Below, one piece after another: positions 49,371 through 58,188 of a stretch of 64,000 nucleotides of DNA (position 1 is its first letter; each line of letters starts with the position of its first letter). The notes below the pieces were generated by a model. It saw nothing but the letters and a program-made list of their open reading frames with translations. It was not told the DNA's origin and searched no databases. Origin of the DNA: Candidatus Doudnabacteria bacterium (lineage in GTDB: Bacteria; Patescibacteriota; Doudnabacteria; UBA920; VMFF01); the NCBI GenBank assembly GCA_028286905.1, contig JAQBQP010000002.1, forward strand, positions 453,358 to 517,357, read 5' to 3'. The position numbers and the translations under genes are program-made.

Positions 49371-50645
49371 ATGAACAAATTTGAAAAGTACCACAAAGCA
49401 ATTAATTTTCTTGAAGGCTTAAACAATCTGCCCTTACAAGGAGATTATATGATCGATAAACATCATGCGGATGTGTATCTCAAAAGGATGCGATATTTCC
49501 TTGAACTCCTTGGCAATCCAGACGAAAAAATAAAATTTATACACATAACTGGAACTTCAGGGAAAGGAACAGTTACAAATACAATCCATGAGATATTAAA
49601 TGCTGCAGGCAAGAATGTCGGTTCTTTTACTTCCCCATCTGCCTCTACATCTCTTGAAAAAATTAAAGTAAAAGATAAATACATAGCGCCTGACGAACTT
49701 GCTGTAATTGTTGATTACTTGAAACCTTTCATAGACAAAGCTTACATAGAGGGTCCATATGGCAGACCATCTTATTTCGAGATATTTTTAGCTATTGCGC
49801 TAGTCTACTTTAAAAGACAGAAGTGCGAGTGGGTGGTCTTGGAAGTAGGTCTTGGTGGCAGATACGATGCGACAAATGTAATTAAGAGACCAGTTATTAC
49901 TGCTATTACAAACATTGATTACGATCATACTGAGCTTTTAGGTAAAACCTTAAAGAAAATTGGATTTGATAAGGCGGGAATAATCAAGAAAGGATCCATA
50001 GCTTTCACAACTGAACAACGTCCTTCAATTTTAAAAATATTTAGTGAAATCTCTAAGAAGAAAGGCGTAGAGCTAAATGTGTTATCCAAGGAAAACAGTT
50101 ACAGAAAATACAATGCAGAGTTGGCAACAGCTATTACTGGACGCATTGGTATTCAGGACAAATATATTATCCAAGGAATAAATAGCGCTCGCCTTGTATG
50201 TCGGTTTGAGCTTATACAGGATAAACCGATGGTAGTTCTCGACGGTGCGCATAACCGATCTAAAATAAATACTACAATCTACAATTTAAAGCAGCTAAGC
50301 TTTAAAAAGCTATACTTAATTATTGGGGTTGCAGATAATAAAGATCACATCTCTATTTTAGAGCAAATAATTCCAGAAGCTGACCATATCTTCTTTACTA
50401 GATTTCAAAACAAAGAAAGAAAATGTGCTCACCCTAAAGAACTATTAGAGAAATCTAAAGCATATTTTAAAAAAGGAGTGGAAACAGAAATCTATCTTGA
50501 TCCAGAAGATGCTTTATCTAAAGCTCTAAGACTTGCGAAGACTAATGACCTAATATTGGTTGCTGGCTCCTTCTTCTTAGCAGGTGAGCTACGCAAACGA
50601 TGGTACTCCGAAAATGCAGTATTACAGAAAAGAAAAAGTTTTTAA
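49371..50645 (+). CDS. folC: Folylpolyglutamate synthase/dihydrofolate synthase
   Basis: IHITGTSGKG, FTSP, LEVGLGGRYDATN, DHTELLG, LDGAHN, GSFFLAG. Confidence 0.93.
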   Translation: MNKFEKYHKAINFLEGLNNLPLQGDYMIDKHHADVYLKRMRYFLELLGNPDEKIKFIHITGTSGKGTVTNTIHEILNAAGKNVGSFTSPSASTSLEKIKVKDKYIAPDELAVIVDYLKPFIDKAYIEGPYGRPSYFEIFLAIALVYFKRQKCEWVVLEVGLGGRYDATNVIKRPVITAITNIDYDHTELLGKTLKKIGFDKAGIIKKGSIAFTTEQRPSILKIFSEISKKKGVELNVLSKENSYRKYNAELATAITGRIGIQDKYIIQGINSARLVCRFELIQDKPMVVLDGAHNRSKINTTIYNLKQLSFKKLYLIIGVADNKDHISILEQIIPEADHIFFTRFQNKERKCAHPKELLEKSKAYFKKGVETEIYLDPEDALSKALRLAKTNDLILVAGSFFLAGELRKRWYSENAVLQKRKSF

Positions 50646-50654
50646 CCCCAAATT

Positions 50655-51188
50655 ATGAAAATTATTTTATTAATGGTTACCTCCCTTGATGGCAAGACAA
50701 CAAGATGGAACGAATCAAGAATATTTCAATGGACATCAAAAGAGGATCAAGATAATTTCTCCTCTCTTATCAAAAAAAAATCTTTGCTTATTATGGGAAG
50801 AAAGACTTTTGATGCTGCTAAAAAAATGATAAAGCTTTCTCCAAAAATATTACACGTAGTTTTCACGACGGAACCTGAAAAGTATCTAGACTTAGTGGTC
50901 CCAGGACAGCTTGAGTTTGTAAACGGTAGTGCTATTAACATTATCAACAAACTTGACGATCGTGGTTATAAAGAAGCACTGCTGCTTGGTGGAGAGCACC
51001 TAAATACGGAATTCTTTAAAGAAAAATTGGTGAATGAAGTGTGGCTTACTCTTGAACCCTATTTATTTGGTATTGGAAATCAGCTAGTCCTCTCCGAAAA
51101 ATTAAATATTGACCTAACTCTTCAGAGTATTACTAAACTTAACAAAAAAGGCACACTTCTTTTAAAATATGAAGCAAACAAGAATTAA
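50655..51188 (+). CDS. Dihydrofolate reductase/RibD C-terminal family protein
   Basis: TSLDG, IMGRKTF, LLGG, P.LFG.G. Confidence 0.85.
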   Translation: MKIILLMVTSLDGKTTRWNESRIFQWTSKEDQDNFSSLIKKKSLLIMGRKTFDAAKKMIKLSPKILHVVFTTEPEKYLDLVVPGQLEFVNGSAINIINKLDDRGYKEALLLGGEHLNTEFFKEKLVNEVWLTLEPYLFGIGNQLVLSEKLNIDLTLQSITKLNKKGTLLLKYEANKN

Positions 51189-51312
51189 GGTCTAATACTT
51201 TTTTAAAAGAATTTCCATTATTTGTATAAAACAACCCTTGCTATTAGCCAATTGCTATGCTAACATGTTTAAAGTCTCGATTAAACAATTAACTATCTGG
51301 AGAATTAAATCC

Positions 51313-51423
51313 ATGTTTATAGACGAAACTGAAGAAAAGCAAGACGACGCTGCTGCTATGCCAGCTGAAGGTGCTGCTGATGAAGCTACACCAGCTGCTG
51401 ATGATACAGAAGCCGCTGCTTAA
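51313..51423 (+). CDS. 36-aa acidic Ala-rich micropeptide
   Basis: GGAG RBS, TTGCTA-17-TAACAT promoter, terminator about 51449-51482. Confidence 0.55.
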   Translation: MFIDETEEKQDDAAAMPAEGAADEATPAADDTEAAA

Positions 51424-51526
51424 TATTGATTCTCTGAAATCAAAATGAGAAAAGGCGATCGCATTGTGCGGTCGCCTTTTTCGTTTGCTTTGATATCTAT
51501 CCTCCCTACTTGATGTGCTCGGCTGT

Positions 51527-51811
51527 CTACACGACCGCCATGCCTCGTGGCTGAGCAGCCAATCCGCCGCACTGTACAGCGGGCGGCAGGCCTTCGTGCA
51601 GTCTACGCTGCCACTCGACGACGTCTGCTCGTGTGATTCCCAGGATCTCCACGAACCGATCCATGTCTCCGTCGCAATCGGTGACGAACTGATCGCGCTG
51701 CTGTTGGAACAACGGCAGCGCATTCAGTTCGCCTGCCTTTAGGCGCGCCACGGTTTCCCTGGCCTTGCTCAGCAGCCCTTCGCGAACCGCTTCGAGCGAT
51801 TCTCTTTGCAT
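51527..51811 (-). CDS. GC-rich hypothetical protein
   Basis: GAGGGG RBS before MQRESLE. Confidence 0.55.
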   Translation of the reverse strand: MQRESLEAVREGLLSKARETVARLKAGELNALPLFQQQRDQFVTDCDGDMDRFVEILGITRADVVEWQRRLHEGLPPAVQCGGLAAQPRGMAVV

Positions 51812-51876
51812 AATCGGTGCCCCCCTCGGTGAAACGGTGAGTTGGCTATGCCCTAATTCTATTGCCATCAACAGAA

Positions 51877-52308
51877 TTAGTCAAAGCTTCTTACCGCAAT
51901 CACCAGCGTCAATGGCAGAACGTCGCCAAAGGGGTTAAGTTCGACATACGGTTGCTGCATTTTCCAGCTCCGCTTGTAGAAACCAGGCGGAACTGGTGCT
52001 ACAACCCGCGGCTCGAAGATTACTGAATCGCCGGGTTTTACTTCTGGCAAAAAAATCTTCGCGACTAGGTCTGCCGGTTGAATGCGAACTGATTCGAACC
52101 AGCGGTCTTTCCATACCACGCCGCCGCAATTCCGCAACAGCCATTTCTTCTCGACTACTTGTCCGGGAGTAGCCTGAACTGTGTCGATGTGGAAATAGCT
52201 TTCGCTAAACTTCATGCAGTCATCCGACCCGCGCGAAATATTTATCCGACCCTGAGCGCTACTCGTGATCGGGGCCGCAATAAGCAAAGCGATCAACAAG
52301 TAACGCAT
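51877..52308 (-). CDS. Exported NBR1-Ig-like (FW) domain protein
   Basis: Signal peptide; PGQ..EKKW.LRN.G...W, V.PG, AP..PG.Y...WKM, PFG. Confidence 0.75.
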   Translation of the reverse strand: MRYLLIALLIAAPITSSAQGRINISRGSDDCMKFSESYFHIDTVQATPGQVVEKKWLLRNCGGVVWKDRWFESVRIQPADLVAKIFLPEVKPGDSVIFEPRVVAPVPPGFYKRSWKMQQPYVELNPFGDVLPLTLVIAVRSFD

Positions 52309-52397
52309 CTATTTCTCCGTTGGGGATTTTTGAGAATACAATAAAAAAACCACGCGGTCAAGCGAGGAAAATTGTTCTATTTACTTCTGGTTATTTC

Positions 52398-52473
52398 TGG
52401 AGCCGTTGATCGGAATTGAACCGATGACCTACTCCTTACCATGGAGTTGCTCTACCAACTGAGCTACAACGGC
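52398..52473 (-). tRNA. tRNA-Thr(GGT)
   Basis: Cloverleaf, anticodon GGT, GTTCAATTC, CCA end. Confidence 0.95.
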
Positions 52474-52500
52474 ATGTCGCCATTCGACAACTTATGGTTT

Positions 52501-52587
52501 TGGTGGGCGGTGAAGGATTTGCACCTTCGAAGCCGTAGAGGCAGCTGATTTACAGTCAGCTCCGTTTGACTACTTCGGTAACCGCCC
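52501..52587 (-). tRNA. tRNA-Tyr(GTA)
   Basis: Long variable arm, anticodon GTA, T-loop variant GTGCAAATC, CCA end. Confidence 0.93.
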
Positions 52588-52592
52588 ATGAT

Positions 52593-53432
52593 TTATTGTT
52601 GAATTTCAACCAGCTTTTGCTGGATCTCTAGATTCTCCGGATAACGATTGTTTGCCGCGCTTAACATTTCAATCGCGGCGTCTTTGTCGCCTTTCTTTAA
52701 CAAGGCATCCGCAAAGATAACTAAGTATTGCATATTGGCTGGGTCCAAGTCTACCGCTTTCTGGAAGCTCTCGATTGCTTGACCTAATCTACCTGCGCCC
52801 TGCAATGACAGACCTAAGTTCACAAACCTTGCTGGAATTGAACTATTCAAGGCTAAAGCTTTTTCATAAGCTCTTACTGCTTCGTCATATTTGCGCAATG
52901 AAAGGTTGGCATTACCAAGCTGCGCTAAGTACGAATCATTCTGAGGATTGTGTGATACTAGATATTCTAAAATTTCAATAATATCATCGTACTTCTTTTG
53001 CTTAAAATAAATTTTTATCAAGCCTTCATAAGCGCTGTACTCATGCGGATGCTTGCGAATCACTTGAATGTAGGTTTGTTCCGATTCTTCGTCTTTGCCT
53101 TCTTGGAACAGACGCGCCGCTTTGCCAATGCTATTGTAGGCGCCAATATTTATTACCCGAGCTTTTGGTTTAACAAAAGAAGCGAATTTGGAAGCCAAGA
53201 TCTGACCTTGTTTCAAATCCTTGGCTTCCAACATAAAGTGCCAAATTTTATTTATTATTCCAACAAAGAAAGAGTAAACTGCAGATTCCGAAGGTTCTGA
53301 GCTCCCAGCGCTGCCGCCAAATTGTAATTGACCGTTTTCTTCTACGACTTCAGGAATTCGGCGCAAAAATATCACTAGAATTCCCAGTACGCAAAGAACG
53401 ATAATTAAATTAGCGATGAACTGAAAGGACAT
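52593..53432 (-). CDS. Membrane-anchored TPR protein
   Basis: N-terminal TM; repeated LG....YDEA...Y.KAL.L.P motifs. Confidence 0.88.
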   Translation of the reverse strand: MSFQFIANLIIVLCVLGILVIFLRRIPEVVEENGQLQFGGSAGSSEPSESAVYSFFVGIINKIWHFMLEAKDLKQGQILASKFASFVKPKARVINIGAYNSIGKAARLFQEGKDEESEQTYIQVIRKHPHEYSAYEGLIKIYFKQKKYDDIIEILEYLVSHNPQNDSYLAQLGNANLSLRKYDEAVRAYEKALALNSSIPARFVNLGLSLQGAGRLGQAIESFQKAVDLDPANMQYLVIFADALLKKGDKDAAIEMLSAANNRYPENLEIQQKLVEIQQ

Positions 53433-53468
53433 AAACCTCCGACCCTGCCCTACAAATTTAGGTGGGTA

Positions 53469-54050
53469 CTAATTACCTAAATGATAGCGTGTAAATCGTC
53501 TTACGACAACATTCTCGCCAAGTTTCGCAGCTTTTTCTGCAATAAAATCTTTTATCTTCTTTTCAGGCTCTTTTACGAAGGGTTGTTCCATTAAACAAGT
53601 CTCCTCAAAGTACTTTGCAAGTTTGCCTTCGATCATCTTTTCCACAACTGCTTCTGGTTTTCCGGAATCTTTTGCCTGTTCTTTGTAGATTTCCTTTTCC
53701 TTTTCAATAACTTCATTAGGAACATCTGCTGTAGTTACGTACAAAGGGTTTGCAGCTGCAATGTGCAAAGCTAACTCTTTAGCAAGATTCTTAAAATCAT
53801 CGGTACGCGCTACAAAATCTGTTTCAGTATTAAGCTCCAGCAATACGCCAACTTTTCCGCCGGCGTGGATGTAGCTTTCGATCAGACCTTCGTTTGCAAT
53901 ACGGTCGGATTTTTTCAACATCTTTGATTGGCCTTTTTTGCGCAAAATATCGATTGCTTTTTCTTTATCATTGCCAGCTTCATCTAGAGCTGCTTTGATG
54001 TCCATCATCCCCGCGCCAGTTAAGTCGCGAAGTTCTTTTAATAGTTCCAT
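53469..54050 (-). CDS. tsf: Elongation factor Ts (short form)
   Basis: LRDLTGAGMMD, ELNTETDFVAR, VRRFTRY. Confidence 0.96.
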   Translation of the reverse strand: MELLKELRDLTGAGMMDIKAALDEAGNDKEKAIDILRKKGQSKMLKKSDRIANEGLIESYIHAGGKVGVLLELNTETDFVARTDDFKNLAKELALHIAAANPLYVTTADVPNEVIEKEKEIYKEQAKDSGKPEAVVEKMIEGKLAKYFEETCLMEQPFVKEPEKKIKDFIAEKAAKLGENVVVRRFTRYHLGN

Positions 54051-54064
54051 GTTTAACGTCTCCG

Positions 54065-54128
54065 AAGGTCTGCCCTTACGCCTGCGTCCTCCACCAGGAG
54101 GACCGGGTGGAAGGACGGACCTTGTTGT
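54065..54128 (-). repeat. REP-like intergenic hairpin, copy 2
   Basis: - strand ACAACAAGGTCCGTCCTTCCACCC...GGGCAGACCTT; homologous to 21646-21708. Confidence 0.75.
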
Positions 54129-54162
54129 TATTTTTATCTTGTAATAAAAGTATTAGTACGTA

Positions 54163-54942
54163 CTACTTCGCAGCTTCTGTTGCTGGCGCTTCTTTTGCAG
54201 CGACGGGTGCTGGCTTTGGCGTATTTACCGCATTGATCGGAGCATTTACCGGCACAAAAGAGTTTTTGCCATCGATAATTGCATCAGCCAAAGCATTTGC
54301 AACTAATTCAACGGCTTTAATTGCATCATCGTTTGCAGGAATAACGTAATCAATTTTATCTGGGCTGCCGTTTGTATCAACAACTGCGATAATTTTAACT
54401 TTTGATTTCTGAGCTTCTGTTAAAGCAATTTCGTCATGCTTAACGTCGAAAATTACAACTGCTTCAGGAAGCTTACGTAGGTCTTTGATACCTTCGAACA
54501 AAGTCTTCATTTTTGTAAGCTCGCGTTCCATCATCAAACCTTCTTTTTTAGTGTAATTCTTTTCCATTTCGCCGGTAGCTTTCAAGTTTTCGTATTTTTC
54601 CATCTTCTTGATAGATTTCTGGATTGTACGGAAGTTTGTGAAAGTACCACCCAACCAACGCGTGATAACATAAGGCATTCCAGCTGAAATTGCAGCTGCT
54701 TTTACAGCATCTTTGGATTGACGCTTTGTGCCTACGAACAAAACATAACCGCCCTTAGCAGCAACCTCTTTTGAGAAAGTCATGGCATCTAATAGCTTCG
54801 CACGGGTCTTTTCAAGATCCATAATATGGATATTGTTGCGGACTGTGAAAATATAAGGACGCATCTTTGGATTCCAACGTGAAGTTTGGTGACCAAAATG
54901 CGCGCCGGACTTCAACAGTTCCGGTAAGGAAACATCTTTCAT
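54163..54942 (-). CDS. rpsB: 30S ribosomal protein S2
   Basis: GAHFGHQTSRWNPKM, RWLGGTFTNF, IPANDDAI. Confidence 0.98.
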   Translation of the reverse strand: MKDVSLPELLKSGAHFGHQTSRWNPKMRPYIFTVRNNIHIMDLEKTRAKLLDAMTFSKEVAAKGGYVLFVGTKRQSKDAVKAAAISAGMPYVITRWLGGTFTNFRTIQKSIKKMEKYENLKATGEMEKNYTKKEGLMMERELTKMKTLFEGIKDLRKLPEAVVIFDVKHDEIALTEAQKSKVKIIAVVDTNGSPDKIDYVIPANDDAIKAVELVANALADAIIDGKNSFVPVNAPINAVNTPKPAPVAAKEAPATEAAK

Positions 54943-54949
54943 TCGATAA

Positions 54950-55070
54950 ACCTTTCTTTGATAACCGCTGGCAGCATTAAAGCGCCAGGCAGAGATCCTT
55001 GTACTTCTATTTCGGTGATCTCGATTGAAGCCCGCAGGCCATCGAGACAGGATCTGTCCGAAATATGTTT
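54950..55070 (-). promoter_or_regulatory. Structured rpsB 5' leader (probable S2 autoregulatory RNA)
   Basis: GC-richer UTR with TCTCGAT/ATCGAGA and AGATCCT/AGGATCT pairings. Confidence 0.55.
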
Positions 55071-55161
55071 AATTAATAACAAGTGGATTATAACAGGTTA
55101 TCTATAATATGACAAATAGTCCCTGGCATGCTTTAATTAGATATATAAAAACAAGAATTCT

Positions 55162-55773
55162 ATGAAAAGATACATACTGACATCAACCGGCTTATCAGAT
55201 CCAAAACTTAACAAAGAGATTGCTAAATTATTAGAAACAGATCCGAAAGAAAAAGCAGTTATTATAACAACTGCTGCAGAAGAAAAAGACCATAGTAAAT
55301 ATGTTCAAGTGGCAAAAGAACAGCTAATTAAGCTTGGTTACAAAACCGTGCTATTTGTTGATTTTGAAAACGAAGGTTTAGAGAAAATTATTGACGCTGA
55401 TTTAATTTATGTTGCCGGCGGCAATACTTTCAAACTTATGAAGTTTGCTCGAATGCGAAAGTTCGGCTCTCTTTTAAGATTAGACCTTTCGTCGACTAAG
55501 ACCTATATCGGAGTCAGCGCAGGTAGTATTATTTTGGGTAACTCCGTAGAAATTGCTGGTGCGTTAGGCGGCGACTACCGTGATTCAAATGAGGTCGAGT
55601 TAAAAGATCTTACTGCGATAAGATTAGTTATGCGAGACATTTACCCACACTATACGCCAGACCAAGAACAAGAAACACAAAAGTATGAAGAACAAAAAAA
55701 CATCGAAGTGCTTCGCATTGCCGATGATCAAGCGATGCTATATGACAGCAATGGTTTAACTTATTTGGAATAA
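55162..55773 (+). CDS. Peptidase S51 (PepE-like)
   Basis: IYVAGGNTF, YIGVSAGS, YPHY. Confidence 0.9.
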   Translation: MKRYILTSTGLSDPKLNKEIAKLLETDPKEKAVIITTAAEEKDHSKYVQVAKEQLIKLGYKTVLFVDFENEGLEKIIDADLIYVAGGNTFKLMKFARMRKFGSLLRLDLSSTKTYIGVSAGSIILGNSVEIAGALGGDYRDSNEVELKDLTAIRLVMRDIYPHYTPDQEQETQKYEEQKNIEVLRIADDQAMLYDSNGLTYLE

Positions 55774-55855
55774 ATCCCTTAATCCATAAAAGGCTGGTTT
55801 TAAAGGCTTGGGCCATAGGTTTACAAAACCCGTCCTATATGTTATTCTATTGGGT

Positions 55856-56128
55856 ATGAAAAACGAACTACACCCAAAATATAATCCAAACGCGAAGTTT
55901 AGCTGCGCATGCGGCAATAGCTTCACATCTGGTTCTACTAGAGATGAAATCCATGTAGAAATCTGTTCAAATTGCCATCCTTTCTATACAGGCAAGCAAA
56001 AGCTTATGGATACAGCTGGTAACGTTGATAAGTTCAGAAAGCGCGCTGAAAAAGCTGTCGTTTACGCTGAAACTAAGACTGTAAAGAAGCCTCGTAAAAG
56101 TCAGGCTGAAAAGAAGACTGCTAAGTAG
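55856..56128 (+). CDS. rpmE: 50S ribosomal protein L31 (Zn-binding type)
   Basis: [23 protein letters not shown]. Confidence 0.97.
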   Translation: MKNELHPKYNPNAKFSCACGNSFTSGSTRDEIHVEICSNCHPFYTGKQKLMDTAGNVDKFRKRAEKAVVYAETKTVKKPRKSQAEKKTAK

Positions 56129-56133
56129 CTACT

Positions 56134-56250
56134 ATAAAAAACGGGCAGGGGTCCTGTCGGGGTAGTAATTTTTTACCGAAACTCACGAACAGCAAAAGTT
56201 CGTTCCGTTAAAAAATTCTACCACCGCCACCCCCAAAGCCCGTTTTTTAT
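56134..56250. repeat. 117-nt imperfect inverted repeat
   Basis: ATAAAAAACGGGC...GGTAG...ACGAAC-loop-GTTCGT...CTACC...GCCCGTTTTTTAT. Confidence 0.75.
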
Positions 56251-56303
56251 ATGCCCTAAATTAAGCTGTCCCAGTTTTAGACATTAGATGTTACAATATA
56301 TCC

Positions 56304-57350
56304 ATGAAGCCTTCGTATACCAAAATTTTAGAAGAATACCATTCCCTTTCTGAAAAGCTTAGTCACGCTACTCCGGAAGAAATTGCTAAGTTCGGCAAAC
56401 AACAGTCGGACCTTTTTCCAGTTGTTGAGAAAATTCAAGAATTAGAAAAACACGAAAAAGAACTTGAAGAAAATAAAATTTTAGCCGAAGGCAAGGATGA
56501 ATTGGCAGAAATCGCTCAAGAAGAAATTCGTGTAATATCTAAGCGCGTTGCGACATTAGAAGAAGAAATCGAAACCTTGTTAATTCCAAGCGACCCTTTG
56601 GATGAAAAAAACATCATCATTGAAATTCGAGCTGGAGCGGGCGGTGATGAATCGGCTTTGTTTGCTGCAGAACTTTTTAGAATGTACGCGAAGTACGCGG
56701 AAAAACAAAAGTGGCAAACCAGCATTATTTCTGCCAGCCGCAACGATATTGGCGGATACAAAGAAGTCGTTTTCGAAATGAAAGGCAAAAAAGTTTATTC
56801 CAAAATGAAGTTTGAATCTGGGGTGCATCGCGTTCAAAGAGTGCCGGAAACCGAAAAAGCCGGGCGCGTACACACCTCTACTGTAACAGTGGCTGTGCTT
56901 CCAGAATTTGATCAGACCGACATCGACATTCCAATGAAAGACTTGGAAATGACAGCGAATACTGCCTCAGGACACGGCGGACAAAGCGTAAACACCACAT
57001 ACTCCGCTATTAAAATTGTGCACTTGCCTACCGGCATCACTGCACAGTCCCAAGATGAACGCAGCCAAGCCCAGAACCGCGAAAAAGCCCTTGCGGTTAT
57101 TCGCAGCCGTGTAGCTGCTTTCTACCAAGAACAGCGAGAAAAAGAATATAAAGATAAGCGTAAAGCTCAAATTGGCAGCGGCGACCGTTCTGAAAAAATT
57201 CGTACTTATAATTTCCCCCAGGATCGCTTAACCGACCATCGAATCAACCAAAACTTCAACCAAATCTACACAATTCTCGAAGGGAATTTAGATTTGATTA
57301 TTAATGCTTTATTAGAAGAAGACTTGAAACTAAAAAAAGCGGCAATTTAA
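56304..57350 (+). CDS. prfA: Peptide chain release factor 1
   Basis: GVHRVQRVPETE (PxT), GGQ, RSEKIRTYNFPQ. Confidence 0.97.
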   Translation: MKPSYTKILEEYHSLSEKLSHATPEEIAKFGKQQSDLFPVVEKIQELEKHEKELEENKILAEGKDELAEIAQEEIRVISKRVATLEEEIETLLIPSDPLDEKNIIIEIRAGAGGDESALFAAELFRMYAKYAEKQKWQTSIISASRNDIGGYKEVVFEMKGKKVYSKMKFESGVHRVQRVPETEKAGRVHTSTVTVAVLPEFDQTDIDIPMKDLEMTANTASGHGGQSVNTTYSAIKIVHLPTGITAQSQDERSQAQNREKALAVIRSRVAAFYQEQREKEYKDKRKAQIGSGDRSEKIRTYNFPQDRLTDHRINQNFNQIYTILEGNLDLIINALLEEDLKLKKAAI

Positions 57351-57381
57351 CAGTACATGGTACTGAATACTAAGTACTTAT

Positions 57382-58182
57382 ATGAACCTACAAGTTGAAA
57401 AAGAAATAATTCTTTCGGAAATTACTGGAAAGAGCAAAGAGTTCTTAATTGCCCATCAAGATTTTGTATTGAATAAAAAACAATCAGCTGGATACAAAAA
57501 AATGCTTTCGCAACTGCAACGCGGAAACCCTTTAGCGTACGTCGTGGGGTACAAGTGGTTTTTTGGAAACAAATTTACAGTAACTAAAAACGTTTTAATC
57601 CCCCGTCCAGAAACAGAGCAGTTAGTAGAACGCGCAATTCAGTTAAACGACAAAGCAACTTTTAAAAAAGTAATAGATGTCGGTGTTGGCTCTGGAGCAA
57701 TCATTATTTCTTTAGGAAAGACTTTAAACAAACTCAAAGCGGATTTTTATGGAATTGATATTTCCAGTAAGGCCTTAGCGATTGCCAAAAAGAACTCTAA
57801 AAATATTTTAAAAAACTCTTCAATCAAATTTGTTAAAGGCAACTTGATTAACCCTTTAGCTAAAAAACTTTCTGGGCAACAAAAGGTTTTAATAACGGCA
57901 AACCTTCCTTATCTTTCCAAAAAGGAGTTAAGAGAGCCAACGATTAAAAAAGAGCCGCGATTGGCTTTGTATGGCGGTAAAAACTCTTACGATTTAATAG
58001 AAAAATTTATTAAACAAGTTTCTTTATTGGATTTGAAACAATCTGTAATTTTGTTAGAGATAAATTACAATCAAGCCAAAGCTTTAAGCTCAAAGATAAA
58101 AAAGTATCTGCCGAACGCAGATATAAAAATTCATCAAGACTTTTCGAAGTTTGACCGAATTATTGAAATTACCTTGGCTTAG
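57382..58182 (+). CDS. prmC: Release factor glutamine methyltransferase
   Basis: VLIPRPETE, DVGVGSG, ANLPY; follows prfA. Confidence 0.93.
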   Translation: MNLQVEKEIILSEITGKSKEFLIAHQDFVLNKKQSAGYKKMLSQLQRGNPLAYVVGYKWFFGNKFTVTKNVLIPRPETEQLVERAIQLNDKATFKKVIDVGVGSGAIIISLGKTLNKLKADFYGIDISSKALAIAKKNSKNILKNSSIKFVKGNLINPLAKKLSGQQKVLITANLPYLSKKELREPTIKKEPRLALYGGKNSYDLIEKFIKQVSLLDLKQSVILLEINYNQAKALSSKIKKYLPNADIKIHQDFSKFDRIIEITLA

Positions 58183-58188
58183 GTTTAG

